From the NCBI GenBank assembly GCA_963810095.1, contig CAWEMM010000009.1, forward strand, positions 32,001-96,000: a DNA stretch of 64,000 bases, in the 5' to 3' direction. The translations under genes were made by a program, and so were the position numbers. Positions 8,566 through 19,261 of this stretch are shown here, piece by piece (the stretch's first letter is position 1; each line of letters begins with the position of its first letter). Origin of the DNA: an uncultured Chloroflexia bacterium. GTDB taxonomy: Bacteria; Chloroflexota; Anaerolineae; CG2-30-64-16. The notes beneath the pieces were generated by a model. The model did no database searches. It was not told the DNA's origin and worked only from the letters and a program-made list of their open reading frames with translations.

Positions 8566-9000
8566 ATGTCTTTAGGACCCGTCGATTTCATCGCCCTCGA
8601 GTTCCCCGGCAATCGCTTCAAGGGCGAGATCGTGTCCGACCTGCTTGATCTCGTCGAACGTGAGGTAATCCGGATCTACGATCTGGTGATCGTCACCAAG
8701 CGCGTGGACGGCATGGTCGAGGTGCGCGAGCTGCAGGAGCTCGATCCTGCGGAACTGTCCATTGTCGATCCGTTCAAGGCCGAGGTCAGCCACATGATCA
8801 CGGAGCTGGACATCCAGGCGATCGCCGAGAAGCTCGACGACAACAGCACCGCCGCGCTCATGTTGATCGAAAACCTCTGGGCGAAGAAAACCAAGCAAGC
8901 AATGGAAGACGCTGATGGCAGGCTGATCCTGTTCGAGCGCATTCCGCACGACGTGGTCGAGGAAGCACTGGCGGAAATCACGGCGCTGTCCGCGGCCTGA
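8566..9000 (+). CDS. DUF6325/DUF1269-like protein
   Basis: AAGGAG RBS; MSLGPVDFIALEFPGNRFKGEI...IRIYDLVIV...AALMLIENLWA...ERIP. Confidence 0.85.
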   Translation: MSLGPVDFIALEFPGNRFKGEIVSDLLDLVEREVIRIYDLVIVTKRVDGMVEVRELQELDPAELSIVDPFKAEVSHMITELDIQAIAEKLDDNSTAALMLIENLWAKKTKQAMEDADGRLILFERIPHDVVEEALAEITALSAA

Positions 9001-9020
9001 ACAGACACGGGAGGTCTATT

Positions 9021-9407
9021 ATGATGAGAAGAGGACGAGGAGCGCCGCTGCTACGCAGGACGGTCGCCGTCGCAGCCACGACGGCAGTTGTTGCGGGGAC
9101 GGCGGGCGCGGTTCACCATCACCAGGATCAGAAGTACGCCCAGCAAAACGCGGCCGCCCAGCAGCAGTATGCGGAGCAAGACGCGGCCGCACAGCAGGAA
9201 ATGCAGGCGGCTCAGCAACAGGCCTACGAGCAGGGTTTGGCAGACGCCAAAGCTCAACAGCCCGCGCCCGTAGCGGCTGCGCCCGCACCGGCCGCTGCCG
9301 GGTCTGACCTGACCGCGCAGCTACAGCAACTGGCGCAGTTGCACGATGCCGGCGTGCTGGACGATGCGGAGTTCGCAGCGGCCAAGCAGAAGCTGCTGGC
9401 TGGCTGA
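9021..9407 (+). CDS. SHOCT domain-containing protein
   Basis: GGAGG RBS; TAVVAGTAGAV, Gln/Ala-rich linker, C-terminal LQQLAQLHDAGVLDDAEFAAAKQKLL. Confidence 0.88.
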   Translation: MMRRGRGAPLLRRTVAVAATTAVVAGTAGAVHHHQDQKYAQQNAAAQQQYAEQDAAAQQEMQAAQQQAYEQGLADAKAQQPAPVAAAPAPAAAGSDLTAQLQQLAQLHDAGVLDDAEFAAAKQKLLAG

Positions 9408-9671
9408 GGGCAGGGGAAGGCTTGAGGGTCGCCAGTTCGCTTCTCAGTTCGTTGGAATCCAACGGGCGTCCCTCGAGCCCTCCGGGAGTTAGCGCCGAAG
9501 TTCCACCAAGGCTTGCGACCCTTTGGAGAACGAAACCATGGGTGCTACTTTGAAGGTCCCCCGAGGCAGCCAATCGTGCCGCTCTTCAAGCCGCTTGAGC
9601 CGCGCGCCGATAGCATCACAACAGCCGGCGGCGCCGTAGGGGAGTGAACAGGCACGGTCGTGAGATCGTTT

Positions 9672-10502
9672 CTATGCACGTAGCCCGGCATCCTTCAGGA
9701 AGCTCAGAACCTCACGGTTGAACTCAGCCGGCTTTTCCATATTCGGCACGTGGGCGGCGCCGGCGATGATCACTTTCCTCGCCCCCTGGATGCCTTTTTC
9801 CATCATATCGGCTGCCCGCAGCAATTCCGGGTGGTCCAAAGCGCCGGTGACTATCAGCGTCGGGACACGGACCTGGTTCAGCCGAGTCGCCGCCGGTGGA
9901 TCGAGGGGGTCAACCGGCTGAGTATCAAGCATGAATGTTCCGTGTTCCACCGGGATCCGGTTCATTTCTGCAGCGCGTTGGCGCACCTGAGGATCGACTT
10001 GCTCCGGCTGACGAAAAGAACCGTCTACCCACAGGCGTAGCTGCAATTCAGAAACCTGCTCGAGATCGCCCGTCTGCATGGCAGCGAACATGGCGAGCAG
10101 ATCGGGCGGCGGAGCTCCCTGCATCTCAAAACCGCTGGGAACGGCTGAGACCAGAACCAGCCCGTCTACCCTCTCCGGATGCTCGAGAGCAAAATCGAGG
10201 ACGGTGGCGCCGCCCATTGAGCATCCCATCAGCACGGCGCGTTGGATCTCAAGCCCATCTAGCAGGCCCTCGAGATCCTTGCGGCGCGAGAGCGGCCCCT
10301 GCGCCCGGTCAGACTTGCCGTAATCACGCATATCGAATCGAACGACGCGAAAGAACTCGCTTAGTGCCTCCCACTGGCTGTCCCACATTCCACTGTCCAC
10401 AAAGCCGGCGTGGCACAAGACCAGGGGTTCGCCACTCCCGGTCACTTCATAGTAAAGTTTCCCATCCCCAACAGTGACTGTTCCTTGATTCGTGTTCTTC
10501 AT
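9672..10502 (-). CDS. Alpha/beta fold hydrolase
   Basis: LVLCHAG, FDMRDYGKS, GCSMGG nucleophile elbow, AAHVPNME catalytic His; GAGGAG RBS. Confidence 0.93.
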   Translation of the reverse strand: MKNTNQGTVTVGDGKLYYEVTGSGEPLVLCHAGFVDSGMWDSQWEALSEFFRVVRFDMRDYGKSDRAQGPLSRRKDLEGLLDGLEIQRAVLMGCSMGGATVLDFALEHPERVDGLVLVSAVPSGFEMQGAPPPDLLAMFAAMQTGDLEQVSELQLRLWVDGSFRQPEQVDPQVRQRAAEMNRIPVEHGTFMLDTQPVDPLDPPAATRLNQVRVPTLIVTGALDHPELLRAADMMEKGIQGARKVIIAGAAHVPNMEKPAEFNREVLSFLKDAGLRA

Positions 10503-10796
10503 CTGGTTTGTTCGGGCTCCTCATGTGTGGTTCCCTAAGGGCGGCCGGAAATCGAGAACTCTCGGCCGGGCCTCTTCGGCGCGATGACGAGGCGCCTTTT
10601 TTACATAGCGGACAAACGCTTCGTCGCCGGCTTCACGTATCTGTGCGGTGCGATGGCTTTGAAACTGATTGCGGTGCGGAAAGCACCTGTCGAAGTACTG
10701 CGCCTTGCTGATTTGAACGCAGCGCTTGCGCGCAGGGCTGCCAGACGCTTGAATGACGCTGCGGAAAGAGCGCCGGTGTTGCGCGGCGCATCCAAG

Positions 10797-11258
10797 TTAT
10801 TGGGTGACAATCCGAGCCTGCATGCGAGCGATAAACTCACGCCAAATCGGGTAGTCACTGCCTTTCCAGATGGCCACGCGGAACTCGCCGGCCTGCGATG
10901 CTGACCATCCGAGATGCTTCTCCGCGTACAGTGAGTAAAAGGCAGTCACCCGGAAGTTGGCGGCGCAATGTATCAGAGTTTTGCCCCCCGAAATCTGCAA
11001 CATGGTTTGCTCAAATGTCGAAAAATCCGTCTCTTTCGGGTTTTCCCAGTCCACCGGGATATGGTAGTACGCTAGACCCTGCGAGCGTACCAGCTCGGCT
11101 TCGTTCGCCGGCGAGCGAGCAGAGTCGCCAGTGGCAAGATTGATGACTGCCGAAAAGCCCTCCGCCGCCAACGTTTTGAGTTGCTCCGCGGTTGGTTGTC
11201 CGCCAGTAACGATCTCGTCACTGACCTTTATGTAGTTGTAGATATCTTCAGAGGCCAT
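10797..11258 (-). CDS. Protein-tyrosine-phosphatase-like (DUF442/Blh-type) protein
   Basis: TGGQPT, AVINLA, YYHIPV and the CX5R loop IHCAANFR. Confidence 0.85.
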   Translation of the reverse strand: MASEDIYNYIKVSDEIVTGGQPTAEQLKTLAAEGFSAVINLATGDSARSPANEAELVRSQGLAYYHIPVDWENPKETDFSTFEQTMLQISGGKTLIHCAANFRVTAFYSLYAEKHLGWSASQAGEFRVAIWKGSDYPIWREFIARMQARIVTQ

Positions 11259-11800
11259 ACGTCCTATCCTCATCGTCTCTCTCAGCACCTGAGAAGCAGC
11301 TGTGCTGCACGGCCCGCAGCCTGTTGGGCGTGTTCAATTGTACCATCGATGTGCAGGTAAGTTGTAGCCTTTGCTGCAGGCAACGTGCAGGCGCCGACCC
11401 TGCAGACCACCCAGGAAACAATACTTCGGCTGAGGGGAACTGGGCTACAAGCGCCCGTGGGTCTATGTGAAGCTCGGTACGCATCCGACCAGCCCGGACT
11501 GGGGATGGCTGACGCGTCAGGGCTGACGCAGTGGCAGGTATGCAGAGTGTTCGAGGAGCGCGGCACGACGCGCGCAAGGATCGAGGTCGCTCTGCTGCGC
11601 GATGCACAGCAGGCAACGATCCCTACATAGTAAGATTCAGGCTGAGTCAAGTCAGTTGCTTGAATCTTGGCCTAGGCCGGGTTATACTTCGGCTGGCTGA
11701 AAGGCGTTGCTACATCCTCCAACTGCTCACATTGTTCCCTTCGCATTCTAGTCAGCCGAGAGCTAGCACCCTGACTCCACATGAAAGGCTTGCAGGCGAA

Positions 11801-14800
11801 ATGGCGAGAGCAACGAGGCTGTCCACTATTGCTCTCCTCGAGACGTCGCTGGCGGAGGTCCGGCGATCGCCTATGTGGGGCGACATGTCGGACATCTGTC
11901 GCTTGCGCGGGATGAATCTACGGGTAATTATCGGCGGTGCGCTCGCGTCGCCGATCGGCTTCGAAGCTCAGAGCAACGTCCTCTATCGCCTGGTCAACCC
12001 CACCAACACGGATGGCCTGATCGTCACCGGGGGCCTGGGACACTACGCTGGCCCCGATGGAATGCAGCGCTTCTGCGAAGGCTTCCGCCCGCTGGCCCTG
12101 GTCAGCCTCGAGGTGCGCCTCGACCGCTTCCCTAGCGTCGTGCCCGACTTCTACGCGGGCATGGCCGCGCTCGTACGCCATCTGATTAGGGATCATGGGT
12201 ACCGCCGAATCGCATTCATCCGTGGCCCGGCAGACTCGAAAACCGGGGAGGACCGCTACCGGGCCTACCGGGATAGCCTGGCCGAATCAGGGTTAGCCTT
12301 TGACCCCAACCTGGTTGCACCTGGCACCTTCTTCTCTCCCTCAGGGGCAGATGCGGTCAGCCTGTTGCTGGACGAGCGAAAAGCGACCTTCGATGCCCTC
12401 GTCGCCGCAAACGACATGATGGCCGTCGACGCGCTGCAGGCGCTGACCGGGCGAGGGATCCGCGTTCCCGAGGACATAGCCCTTGCAGGCTTCGACAATC
12501 GAGAAATCGCCCACGCCGTCGAGCCCCCCCTCACGACGGTCGAATTGCCCACCGACAAGGAAGTGCGCCTCGCTGCGGACGTGATCGAGCGCCTGCTGCG
12601 GGGCGAGGATGTTCCGCTGCGCACGGACATTGAGACGGAGGTCGTCCTTCGCCAGTCGTGCGGTTGCACGTCGGTTGCCCTGCAGCAACTCTCGGCCCCG
12701 TATCCACGCCCGCGCGCAGAGGGTCCGCAGGCGCAGGTCCTCCCACCGGAGCACGGCAGCGATGCGGTGTTAGGATGGCCGTCCTCCCTCGCCGCACACC
12801 GGCCCGCCGTCCTGGAAGAGATGGCCAAGGTGTGTGGGCCCTCGCGCGGGGCTGGTCGGGCCCCCCTGGAGTCTATCTGGGACGCGTTCGCCGAGGACCT
12901 CTTCTCGGGCTGCAGCACGCACCTGATGGCGGCGCTCGAGGAACTCGCCCGCGACGAGCCCGGCCACGGGATGGACCCGTACGAGTGGCAGGGCGTTATC
13001 TCGTCGCACCGGCGCCACACGCAGCCGCTGCTGCTGGGCACCGGTTTCCTGCAGCAGGCCGAAACGCTGTGGCAGCGCGCACGCGTGTTTCTCGCCGAAC
13101 GTGCACTGATTCTTGAAGCACAGCGGCAGTATGCGGCGGACCAGTTGAACGGGACCTTGCTGTCGGTGGGCGAACGGCTGGTCACCGCATTCGACCTGAC
13201 CGCGCTCATGGACGCAGTGGCACGCGAGCTGCCGCGCCTCGGCATCCCGGCCTGCTATATTGCGTTATACCAGGCCGCTGACCCTTTGTCGGCCGACTCG
13301 AGACTGGTGCTGGCTTACGACGAGCACGGACGCCTGCCCCTTGGGCCAGACGGCCTCCTCTTCTCGACTGCCGCCATTCTCCCGGCCCAAGTTCTGCCCG
13401 GCGACCGCAGGTTCACGCACTTGCTGCTCTCGTTGCACTTTCACGAGCAGCAGTTGGGTTACGTCATCTTCGAGCCCGGCCCGCACAATCCCGTGATCTA
13501 CGAGACCCTGTCGCTCCAACTGAGCACGGCGCTCAAGGGTGCGCTGCTCGTCGAAGAGATGCAAAGAGCGCGCGAGACCGCGCTGCAGGCGAAGGCGATT
13601 GCCGAGAGAGCCGATCAGCTCAAGACGCGTCTATTGGCCAACGTAACGCACGAGCTGCGCACCCCCCTCAATGTCATCCTGGGCTACAGCCGGATGGCGC
13701 TCGTCGATCCGAACCCGCACGGCTACGACCTGCCTCCCGGCTTGCGCAACGATCTCGAGAACATCCGGGGTTCCGCCGAGCACCTGACGCGGCTGATCAG
13801 CGACCTGCTGGACCTATCACGGGCCGAGATCGGCGAGTTGGACCTGTTTCCCGAGCCGCGTCACGCCGCGCACATTTCTGCAGCTAGCGTTTTCGACGAT
13901 GGCCGACAGCGTGCGGCCGAATCCCGCAGTTGCCTGGCGCCTGGAGCTTCCCCCGCGGCTGCCCATCATCCTGGCCGACCCCACCCGATTGCGCCAGATC
14001 GTGCTCAACCTCCTGAGCAATGCGCACAAGTTCACCGAGTCAGGCGAAATCGTTCTGGGAGCGGAGGTAGCGCCGCCTCATCTGCACATCTGGGTGCGCG
14101 ATACGGGGCCTGGCATCCCGATCGACCGCCAGGAACGCGTCTTCGAGCCCTTCTTCACGGAAGGGTACGCGAGCCGCCGGCCCGAGGGGATCGGCCTGGG
14201 CCTGACGATCACTCGGCAACTGGTCGCGCTGCACGGCGGCTCGCTCTCGCTCGAGAGTCAGGCGGGGAAAGGCAGTGTCTTCCACCTCTACCTGCCCCTG
14301 CCCAGCTTGGGCGGACGCCGGATTATCCCCCCTGCGCAACGCTCGGACACCGCGAAGGCCGGTCTCCTGCTGGTTTCGAGTAAGGATGCCACGATTGCAG
14401 AATTGGCAGCGCTTGCAGGGCCAGCAGGCTGGCCGGTGTGGCGCATCCGTTCTCAGGCAGACCTGGGCGGGCTCCTCGACGCAGTCGCCCCCGTTGCGAT
14501 TGTCTGGGACCTGACGTACGCCCGGCCAGGAGACTGGCCGCTGATCCAGCACATCCGCAACCATCCGCACCTGTGCAACGTCCCGTTCATCCTGTATGAG
14601 AAGGAAACCGGCGAGGCGTCCCGTCTCACCAACATCCTGATTAAGCCTCTCAACTCGAACTTGTTGGCCGACTTGATCCAATCCCTGCAGCCGCCAACGG
14701 CCGGCGGCGCCATCCTTGTCGTCGACGACGACCCGCAGGCCCGCGATCTGTATTCGCGGCTGCTCTCCGAGCGGTTCCCGGGTTTCCCGATTGTCATGGC

Positions 14801-15443
14801 CGAAGATGGACAAGCGGCCCTGGATTGGCTGGAGGATGCAGCCCCTGCGTTGGTTATACTGGACCTGTCCATGCCACACGTGGACGGCTTTACCGTGCTG
14901 GAACGGCTGCGGGGCGATGCGCGCACTCGGACCGCGCCGGTATTCGTGCTAACGGGGCGATTGCTGAGCTACGAAGACATCAAGCGCCTCGATCATTCGC
15001 AGGTTGTCGTCCACTTCAAAGAGATCCTGAGCGAGGAAGAGACACTCGCGGGCATCGAACGGGTTTTCGCCGGCCTGCACGTCGTGCCCCAACCTACAAG
15101 CCGAGTGGTCAAGCAGGCGCTGAGTTACATGCAGCGCAACTACTCGCATACCCTGTCGCGCGTCGAGATCTCCGCAGCCGTTGGCGTTAGCGAGGACTAC
15201 CTGAGCCGCATTTTCAGCCGCGAGATGGGCCTGTCTCCGTGGGAGTACCTCAACCGCTACCGGGTTCTGCAGGCGAAGCGGCTGCTGGCAGACTCGAGGG
15301 AGAGCGTGACGTGGATTGCCAGCCAGGTGGGCTTTGACGATCCCGCGTACTTCAGCCGCGTTTTTCAGAAGGTCGAAGGCTGCTCGCCGCGCGAGTACCG
15401 GGCGGGGCAAGATCGCCCGCCCTCGGGTTCGCCCGCCCCCTGA
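11801..15443 (+). CDS. Hybrid regulator: LacI-type sugar-binding domain + histidine kinase + receiver(s) + AraC HTH (1-base frameshift near 13859)
   Basis: HGYRRIAFIRGP/ANDMMA/GFDN/PPLTTV (LacI-type); NVTHELRTPLN H-box; after the shift NLLSNAHKFT, DTGPGI, GIGLGL; ILVVDDD/LDLSMP receiver; VGFDDPAYFSRVF AraC. Confidence 0.9.
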
Positions 15444-15476
15444 CACTCGGCACCTCGCTCCCCAAAAGAGAACAGG

Positions 15477-15539
15477 ACGCATTTATCCAAGTAGCACAAC
15501 GCTTTTCTCCTGTCACCGCGCGATCCCTTGGCGTACACT
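15477..15539 (+). promoter_or_regulatory. Putative AraC-activated promoter of the glycan operon
   Basis: ACGCATTTATCCA (15477) and ACGCTTTTCTCCT (15499) form a 22-bp-period direct repeat next to the -35 position; TACACT at 15534-15539. Confidence 0.4.
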
Positions 15540-15589
15540 GCCTTTCAGAGTAGGGGCAAGGCATCACGAGCCTCCATCTGGCCCTTCCG

Positions 15590-16213
15590 ATGTCGTCGAT
15601 CAAAGGAAACACCGTGACAACCGTCCCGCTTACCGTTGCCCCGAGGGCACGGCCTGAAGTCGAACGCAGCATTGCTCGCTGGGCTGCCGGCCTCGTTAAA
15701 GACGGCGACACGATCGTGTTGGACGCCACCTCCGCCGTCCTGGCGATGGCACCGTTTCTGGCCTCGCGTCGCAACCTGGTCGTTGTGACGAACGGGATCG
15801 GAATCGGCCAGGCGCTGGCCTGGGTCCCGTCCAACAGAGTCCTGTTTATCGGCAACCTGCTCCGGGCGGACGGGTCCTCGGTCGTCGGGCCCATCTACGA
15901 GCCGGCTCTGCGCAGCCTGAAGTCCGCAACCGCCTTTGTCTCATGCGAGGGGTTTTCGCTGGCCGCCGGCCTGACGGATACGGCGGCGGACGAAGCCCTG
16001 GTGAAAAGCCAGATGGTCGGGCTGGCGCAGGCGACGGTGGCGCTCATCGAGTCGGCCACATTTGGTCGGGTGTGGCAGGCGCCTTTTGCACGGGCCGACC
16101 AATTGGCCCACATATTCAGCGACGAGGGCCTGGAGCCGCACTGGGTCGAGCAGGTTCAGGATGCCTCCATCGCGCTCACCCTTTGCCCCGTGGCGGGTAG
16201 GGCAGACGCATGA
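15590..16213 (+). CDS. DeoR/GlpR C-terminal sensor-domain protein lacking the HTH
   Basis: IARWAAGLVKDGDTIVLDATS, LVVVTNG, AFVSCEGFS..GLTD, EALVKSQMV; no N-terminal HTH in the ORF. Confidence 0.8.
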   Translation: MSSIKGNTVTTVPLTVAPRARPEVERSIARWAAGLVKDGDTIVLDATSAVLAMAPFLASRRNLVVVTNGIGIGQALAWVPSNRVLFIGNLLRADGSSVVGPIYEPALRSLKSATAFVSCEGFSLAAGLTDTAADEALVKSQMVGLAQATVALIESATFGRVWQAPFARADQLAHIFSDEGLEPHWVEQVQDASIALTLCPVAGRADA

Positions 16214-17142
16214 CCGGACCGGCGTACCAACGGGCGGACTTCGGCAAGCTGCGCGACACCAAATACGGTGTCGGCTTCCACTGGACGACCTGGACCGCGC
16301 CCAGGGCCGGCGACCCAAAGCCATTCGAGGACGCGGTCGAGACCTTCGACGTGGACGCGTTTGTGCGGCAAGCCGTCGAAGCGGGCGCGGGTCACGTCCT
16401 TTTCACCACGACGCACGCGATGCATTGGCTGCCCGGCCCAAACCCGGTCGTCGACGCGCTGCTCCCCGGCCGGACCTGCAGGCGCGACCTGATCATGGAG
16501 ATCGCGGACGGCCTGCTGGCGGAAGGCATCCTGCTGATCCTTTACTACAACTTCGGGGTTTATTCCGGGGACCAGGCCTGGAGCGAGGCAAGCGGGCTCC
16601 TGGCGGACGACAAGACCGCCTTCTTTGTCAATTGCCAGAACATCCTCAGGTGGATGGGTGAGCACTACGGCGAGAAGGTGGCCGCCTACTGGTTCGACGT
16701 GGGGCTCGAAGCGTTCTCCGAGACGCCATTTGCGGCGATCACGGCCGCGGCGAAAGCCGGCAATCCAGGCCGCCTCGTCTGTTACAACCCTGCAGTCGAG
16801 AAGACGGACCTGGTCACGCCCTACCAGGACTATTGGGCGGGGGAGATTTGCCGGCTCAACTACCTGCCACGCGGACCGCTCACGCCTGGAGGATTGCCCT
16901 GGTATTCGTTCACGTCTTGGCATCCCGATGGGCGCCACCCGGCCGCGGGCACATGGGGCATGGACCTCGAGACGCGCGAGCAGGAGTGGCCCGCCCCCTG
17001 CGCGTGCAGCGTCGCCGCCTATTTGCAGCGCTTTCTGGAGCACGGCGGCGCGGTCACGTTCAACCTGCTGTGCTACCAGGATGGAACCGCCTACGAACCC
17101 GATCTTGCGGTCATGCGCAAGATCAAGCGACTATTCCGGTGA
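16210..17142 (+). CDS. GH29 alpha-L-fucosidase-like glycoside hydrolase
   Basis: KYGVGFHW, FDVDAFVRQAVEAGAGHVLFTTTH, RDLIMEIADGL and YWFD nucleophile-like motif. Confidence 0.8.
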   Translation: MTGPAYQRADFGKLRDTKYGVGFHWTTWTAPRAGDPKPFEDAVETFDVDAFVRQAVEAGAGHVLFTTTHAMHWLPGPNPVVDALLPGRTCRRDLIMEIADGLLAEGILLILYYNFGVYSGDQAWSEASGLLADDKTAFFVNCQNILRWMGEHYGEKVAAYWFDVGLEAFSETPFAAITAAAKAGNPGRLVCYNPAVEKTDLVTPYQDYWAGEICRLNYLPRGPLTPGGLPWYSFTSWHPDGRHPAAGTWGMDLETREQEWPAPCACSVAAYLQRFLEHGGAVTFNLLCYQDGTAYEPDLAVMRKIKRLFR

Positions 17143-17242
17143 CCATCGCCTGACCGTAGGAGGCGCCTGAAATCCGACCAACCCGGCACCAGGTTTATTC
17201 CGAGCGCAATCTACCAACCTCAATCAGCACCAGGAGGATGAG

Positions 17243-19135
17243 ATGTCAAGGAAGCTCTTCGTCGTGATTGCCGTCGTGTCGATGCTGGCGATGCTCGCCG
17301 GCTGCGCCGCGCCGGCACCTGCCCCGGCGCCGCAAGTCGTCGAGAAGCCGGTCGTCCAGACCCAGATCGTCGAGAAGCAGGTCGTCCAGACCCAGGTCGT
17401 GACCGTCAAGGAGACCGTGGTCGCACAGCAGACCGTCGTCGTTGAAGCAACCCCCGCTCCTGTCGTGGAGGAAAAGTCGGACGTGCAGGAACTGCGCGTG
17501 ATCGAGATGGCGGACTGGAACAGCGCCTTCCGCATCAACCCGCTGCAGTTTGGCTCGGGCGGCGCGGCGGGCCTGATGTGGATGCGCATGGCCGGCATGA
17601 ACGACAAGTTCGAATCAGTGGACACGCCGATGGCCCTGGCCAAGTCGTGGGACTTCAATTCGGACCGGACTTCGATCACCATCAAGCTGAAGGAAGGCCT
17701 CAAGTTCTCGGACGGCTCGCCAATCACGGCCAAGGACGCCGCTTGGTCCCTGGGCTACCTGATCATGACCGGCCACCCGGACCTGAAGACAAAGTTCTCC
17801 GGCTCGCAGGCGACACGCTACTTCCCCGCCCTGAAAGGCGCCAAGGACGTGTTTGACGGGAAGGTCAAGGCCGACGAATTCGGTGCGGCGATGGTCGAGG
17901 GCATCAAGGTCGTCGACGACTCCACCATCCAACTCGACTTTACCCAGCCCGTGATGACGCTCACCGTCGAGCCGCTGCAGTTTTGGCCGATCTTGAAGCC
18001 GGAATCCGTTATGGCCGGCACAGGCAAGGAGTACGGCCCGGATGCGTACTGGACGACTGAGAAGGACGTCGTTAGCTCAGGCCCGTTCATGCTGGAGTCC
18101 TTCTCGTCGGGTAACGGCTTCACAATGGTCCCGAACCCCAACTGGGCCGGTAAGAAGGCCGAGTTGAGCAAAATCCTCGTCACGCTGATGTCGGACTACT
18201 CCACTGCGCTCTCGGCCTTCGAGAACAAGGAAGCCGACGCCGTCATGATGGCGTTGGGACCCGAAGACGCCAAGGCGGCTGAAAGCTCGGAGTTCCTTAA
18301 GGCCAGCATCAAGCCGGCGACGGGCTACGACCTGGAACACCTCCTGATCACTGCCTTCAAGCCCATGGAGGATCTTAACGTGCGCCGTGCGATCGCGATG
18401 GCGATCGACAAGCAGGCGCTGGTCGACGTGCTTGGCGGCGGCGAAGGCCAGACCGGCTATACCAAGCTCGACTACCATCACATCCCCTTCTCGGTCCCAA
18501 CCTGCAACGAGCAGTTCGCCAAAATCGTGCCGCTGAAGTACGATCCTGAGGCAGCCAAGGCGGAGCTTGCAAAGTCGCCTTACGCGGACCAGATCAAGGA
18601 TATGGAAATCAACACGACCCTCGGCATGTGGGGCGAGCCGGTTTCGATGAACCTCGTCGAGATGCAGGCCATCCAGAAGATGCTGAAGGACAACCTGGGC
18701 ATCAACCTGACCATCCACCAGGAGCCCATGGCCGACTACACCAAGCCCACCTACCCAACCCACATGTGGCCGAACTCGCAGGGTGAGCACACCATGGACG
18801 TGTACACATACATGAACAACTTGGTTCCGCTCTCCCAGCCGCTCCCGGCGGATGAGAAGCAGATGACCATGTTGAACCTGCCCTACGTGCCCGAGCTGGT
18901 CGCGAAGATGAAGGAAGCCGGCGAGCAGACTGACCCGACGAAAGTCTGCGAGAAGCTGGCCGAGGCGCAACAGCTGTGGGTCGATAACGTCTTCACCCTG
19001 GATCTCTTCGCCGGCACGACCTACCGCCTCGAGGCGCCGTGGGTGAAGAACCTGAACCTCTTCGGTCCGGCCCGCCCGTCCATCAGCCAGATGGAAGGGC
19101 AGGATATTGCGGAAACGTACATCGCCAAGCACTAG
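17243..19135 (+). CDS. ABC transporter substrate-binding lipoprotein, family 5 (Opp/Dpp)
   Basis: Lipobox LAGC; ALAKSWD, LKEGLKFSDGSPITAKD, SSGPFML, VRRAIAMAIDK, YDPEAAKAEL. Confidence 0.93.
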   Translation: MSRKLFVVIAVVSMLAMLAGCAAPAPAPAPQVVEKPVVQTQIVEKQVVQTQVVTVKETVVAQQTVVVEATPAPVVEEKSDVQELRVIEMADWNSAFRINPLQFGSGGAAGLMWMRMAGMNDKFESVDTPMALAKSWDFNSDRTSITIKLKEGLKFSDGSPITAKDAAWSLGYLIMTGHPDLKTKFSGSQATRYFPALKGAKDVFDGKVKADEFGAAMVEGIKVVDDSTIQLDFTQPVMTLTVEPLQFWPILKPESVMAGTGKEYGPDAYWTTEKDVVSSGPFMLESFSSGNGFTMVPNPNWAGKKAELSKILVTLMSDYSTALSAFENKEADAVMMALGPEDAKAAESSEFLKASIKPATGYDLEHLLITAFKPMEDLNVRRAIAMAIDKQALVDVLGGGEGQTGYTKLDYHHIPFSVPTCNEQFAKIVPLKYDPEAAKAELAKSPYADQIKDMEINTTLGMWGEPVSMNLVEMQAIQKMLKDNLGINLTIHQEPMADYTKPTYPTHMWPNSQGEHTMDVYTYMNNLVPLSQPLPADEKQMTMLNLPYVPELVAKMKEAGEQTDPTKVCEKLAEAQQLWVDNVFTLDLFAGTTYRLEAPWVKNLNLFGPARPSISQMEGQDIAETYIAKH

Positions 19136-19180
19136 GCTTGGCTTGGGCCGCCCGGCGGCTGATCCGAGGAAAAGCAACGC

Positions 19181-19206
19181 ACCAGGGGCACACACGTGCC
19201 CCTGGT
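19181..19206 (+). other. Intercistronic stem-loop after the binding-protein gene
   Basis: ACCAGGGGCAC-ACAC-GTGCCCCTGGT, 11-bp perfect stem with no U-tract. Confidence 0.6.
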
Positions 19207-19261
19207 CGGGGCTACGCTCGGCGCTTCGCGCCAGCGCCCCCGCTACCAGGAGAAGAGCGCG

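Noticed and set aside
10508-10800. ORF 10584-10904 and GC hairpins with a T-run near 10541-10602
   Set aside because: No family motif or RBS. The hairpins match no riboswitch I recognise, and the T-run is on the wrong strand to attenuate the hydrolase gene.
11632-11668. Imperfect inverted repeat AAGATTCAGG...CTTGAATCTT upstream of the hybrid kinase
   Set aside because: Single occurrence that I cannot assign to a regulator or RNA family.
13850-13870. Programmed ribosomal frameshifting as the cause of the split genes
   Set aside because: No slippery heptamers at the sites, and the shifts occur in many unrelated gene families.
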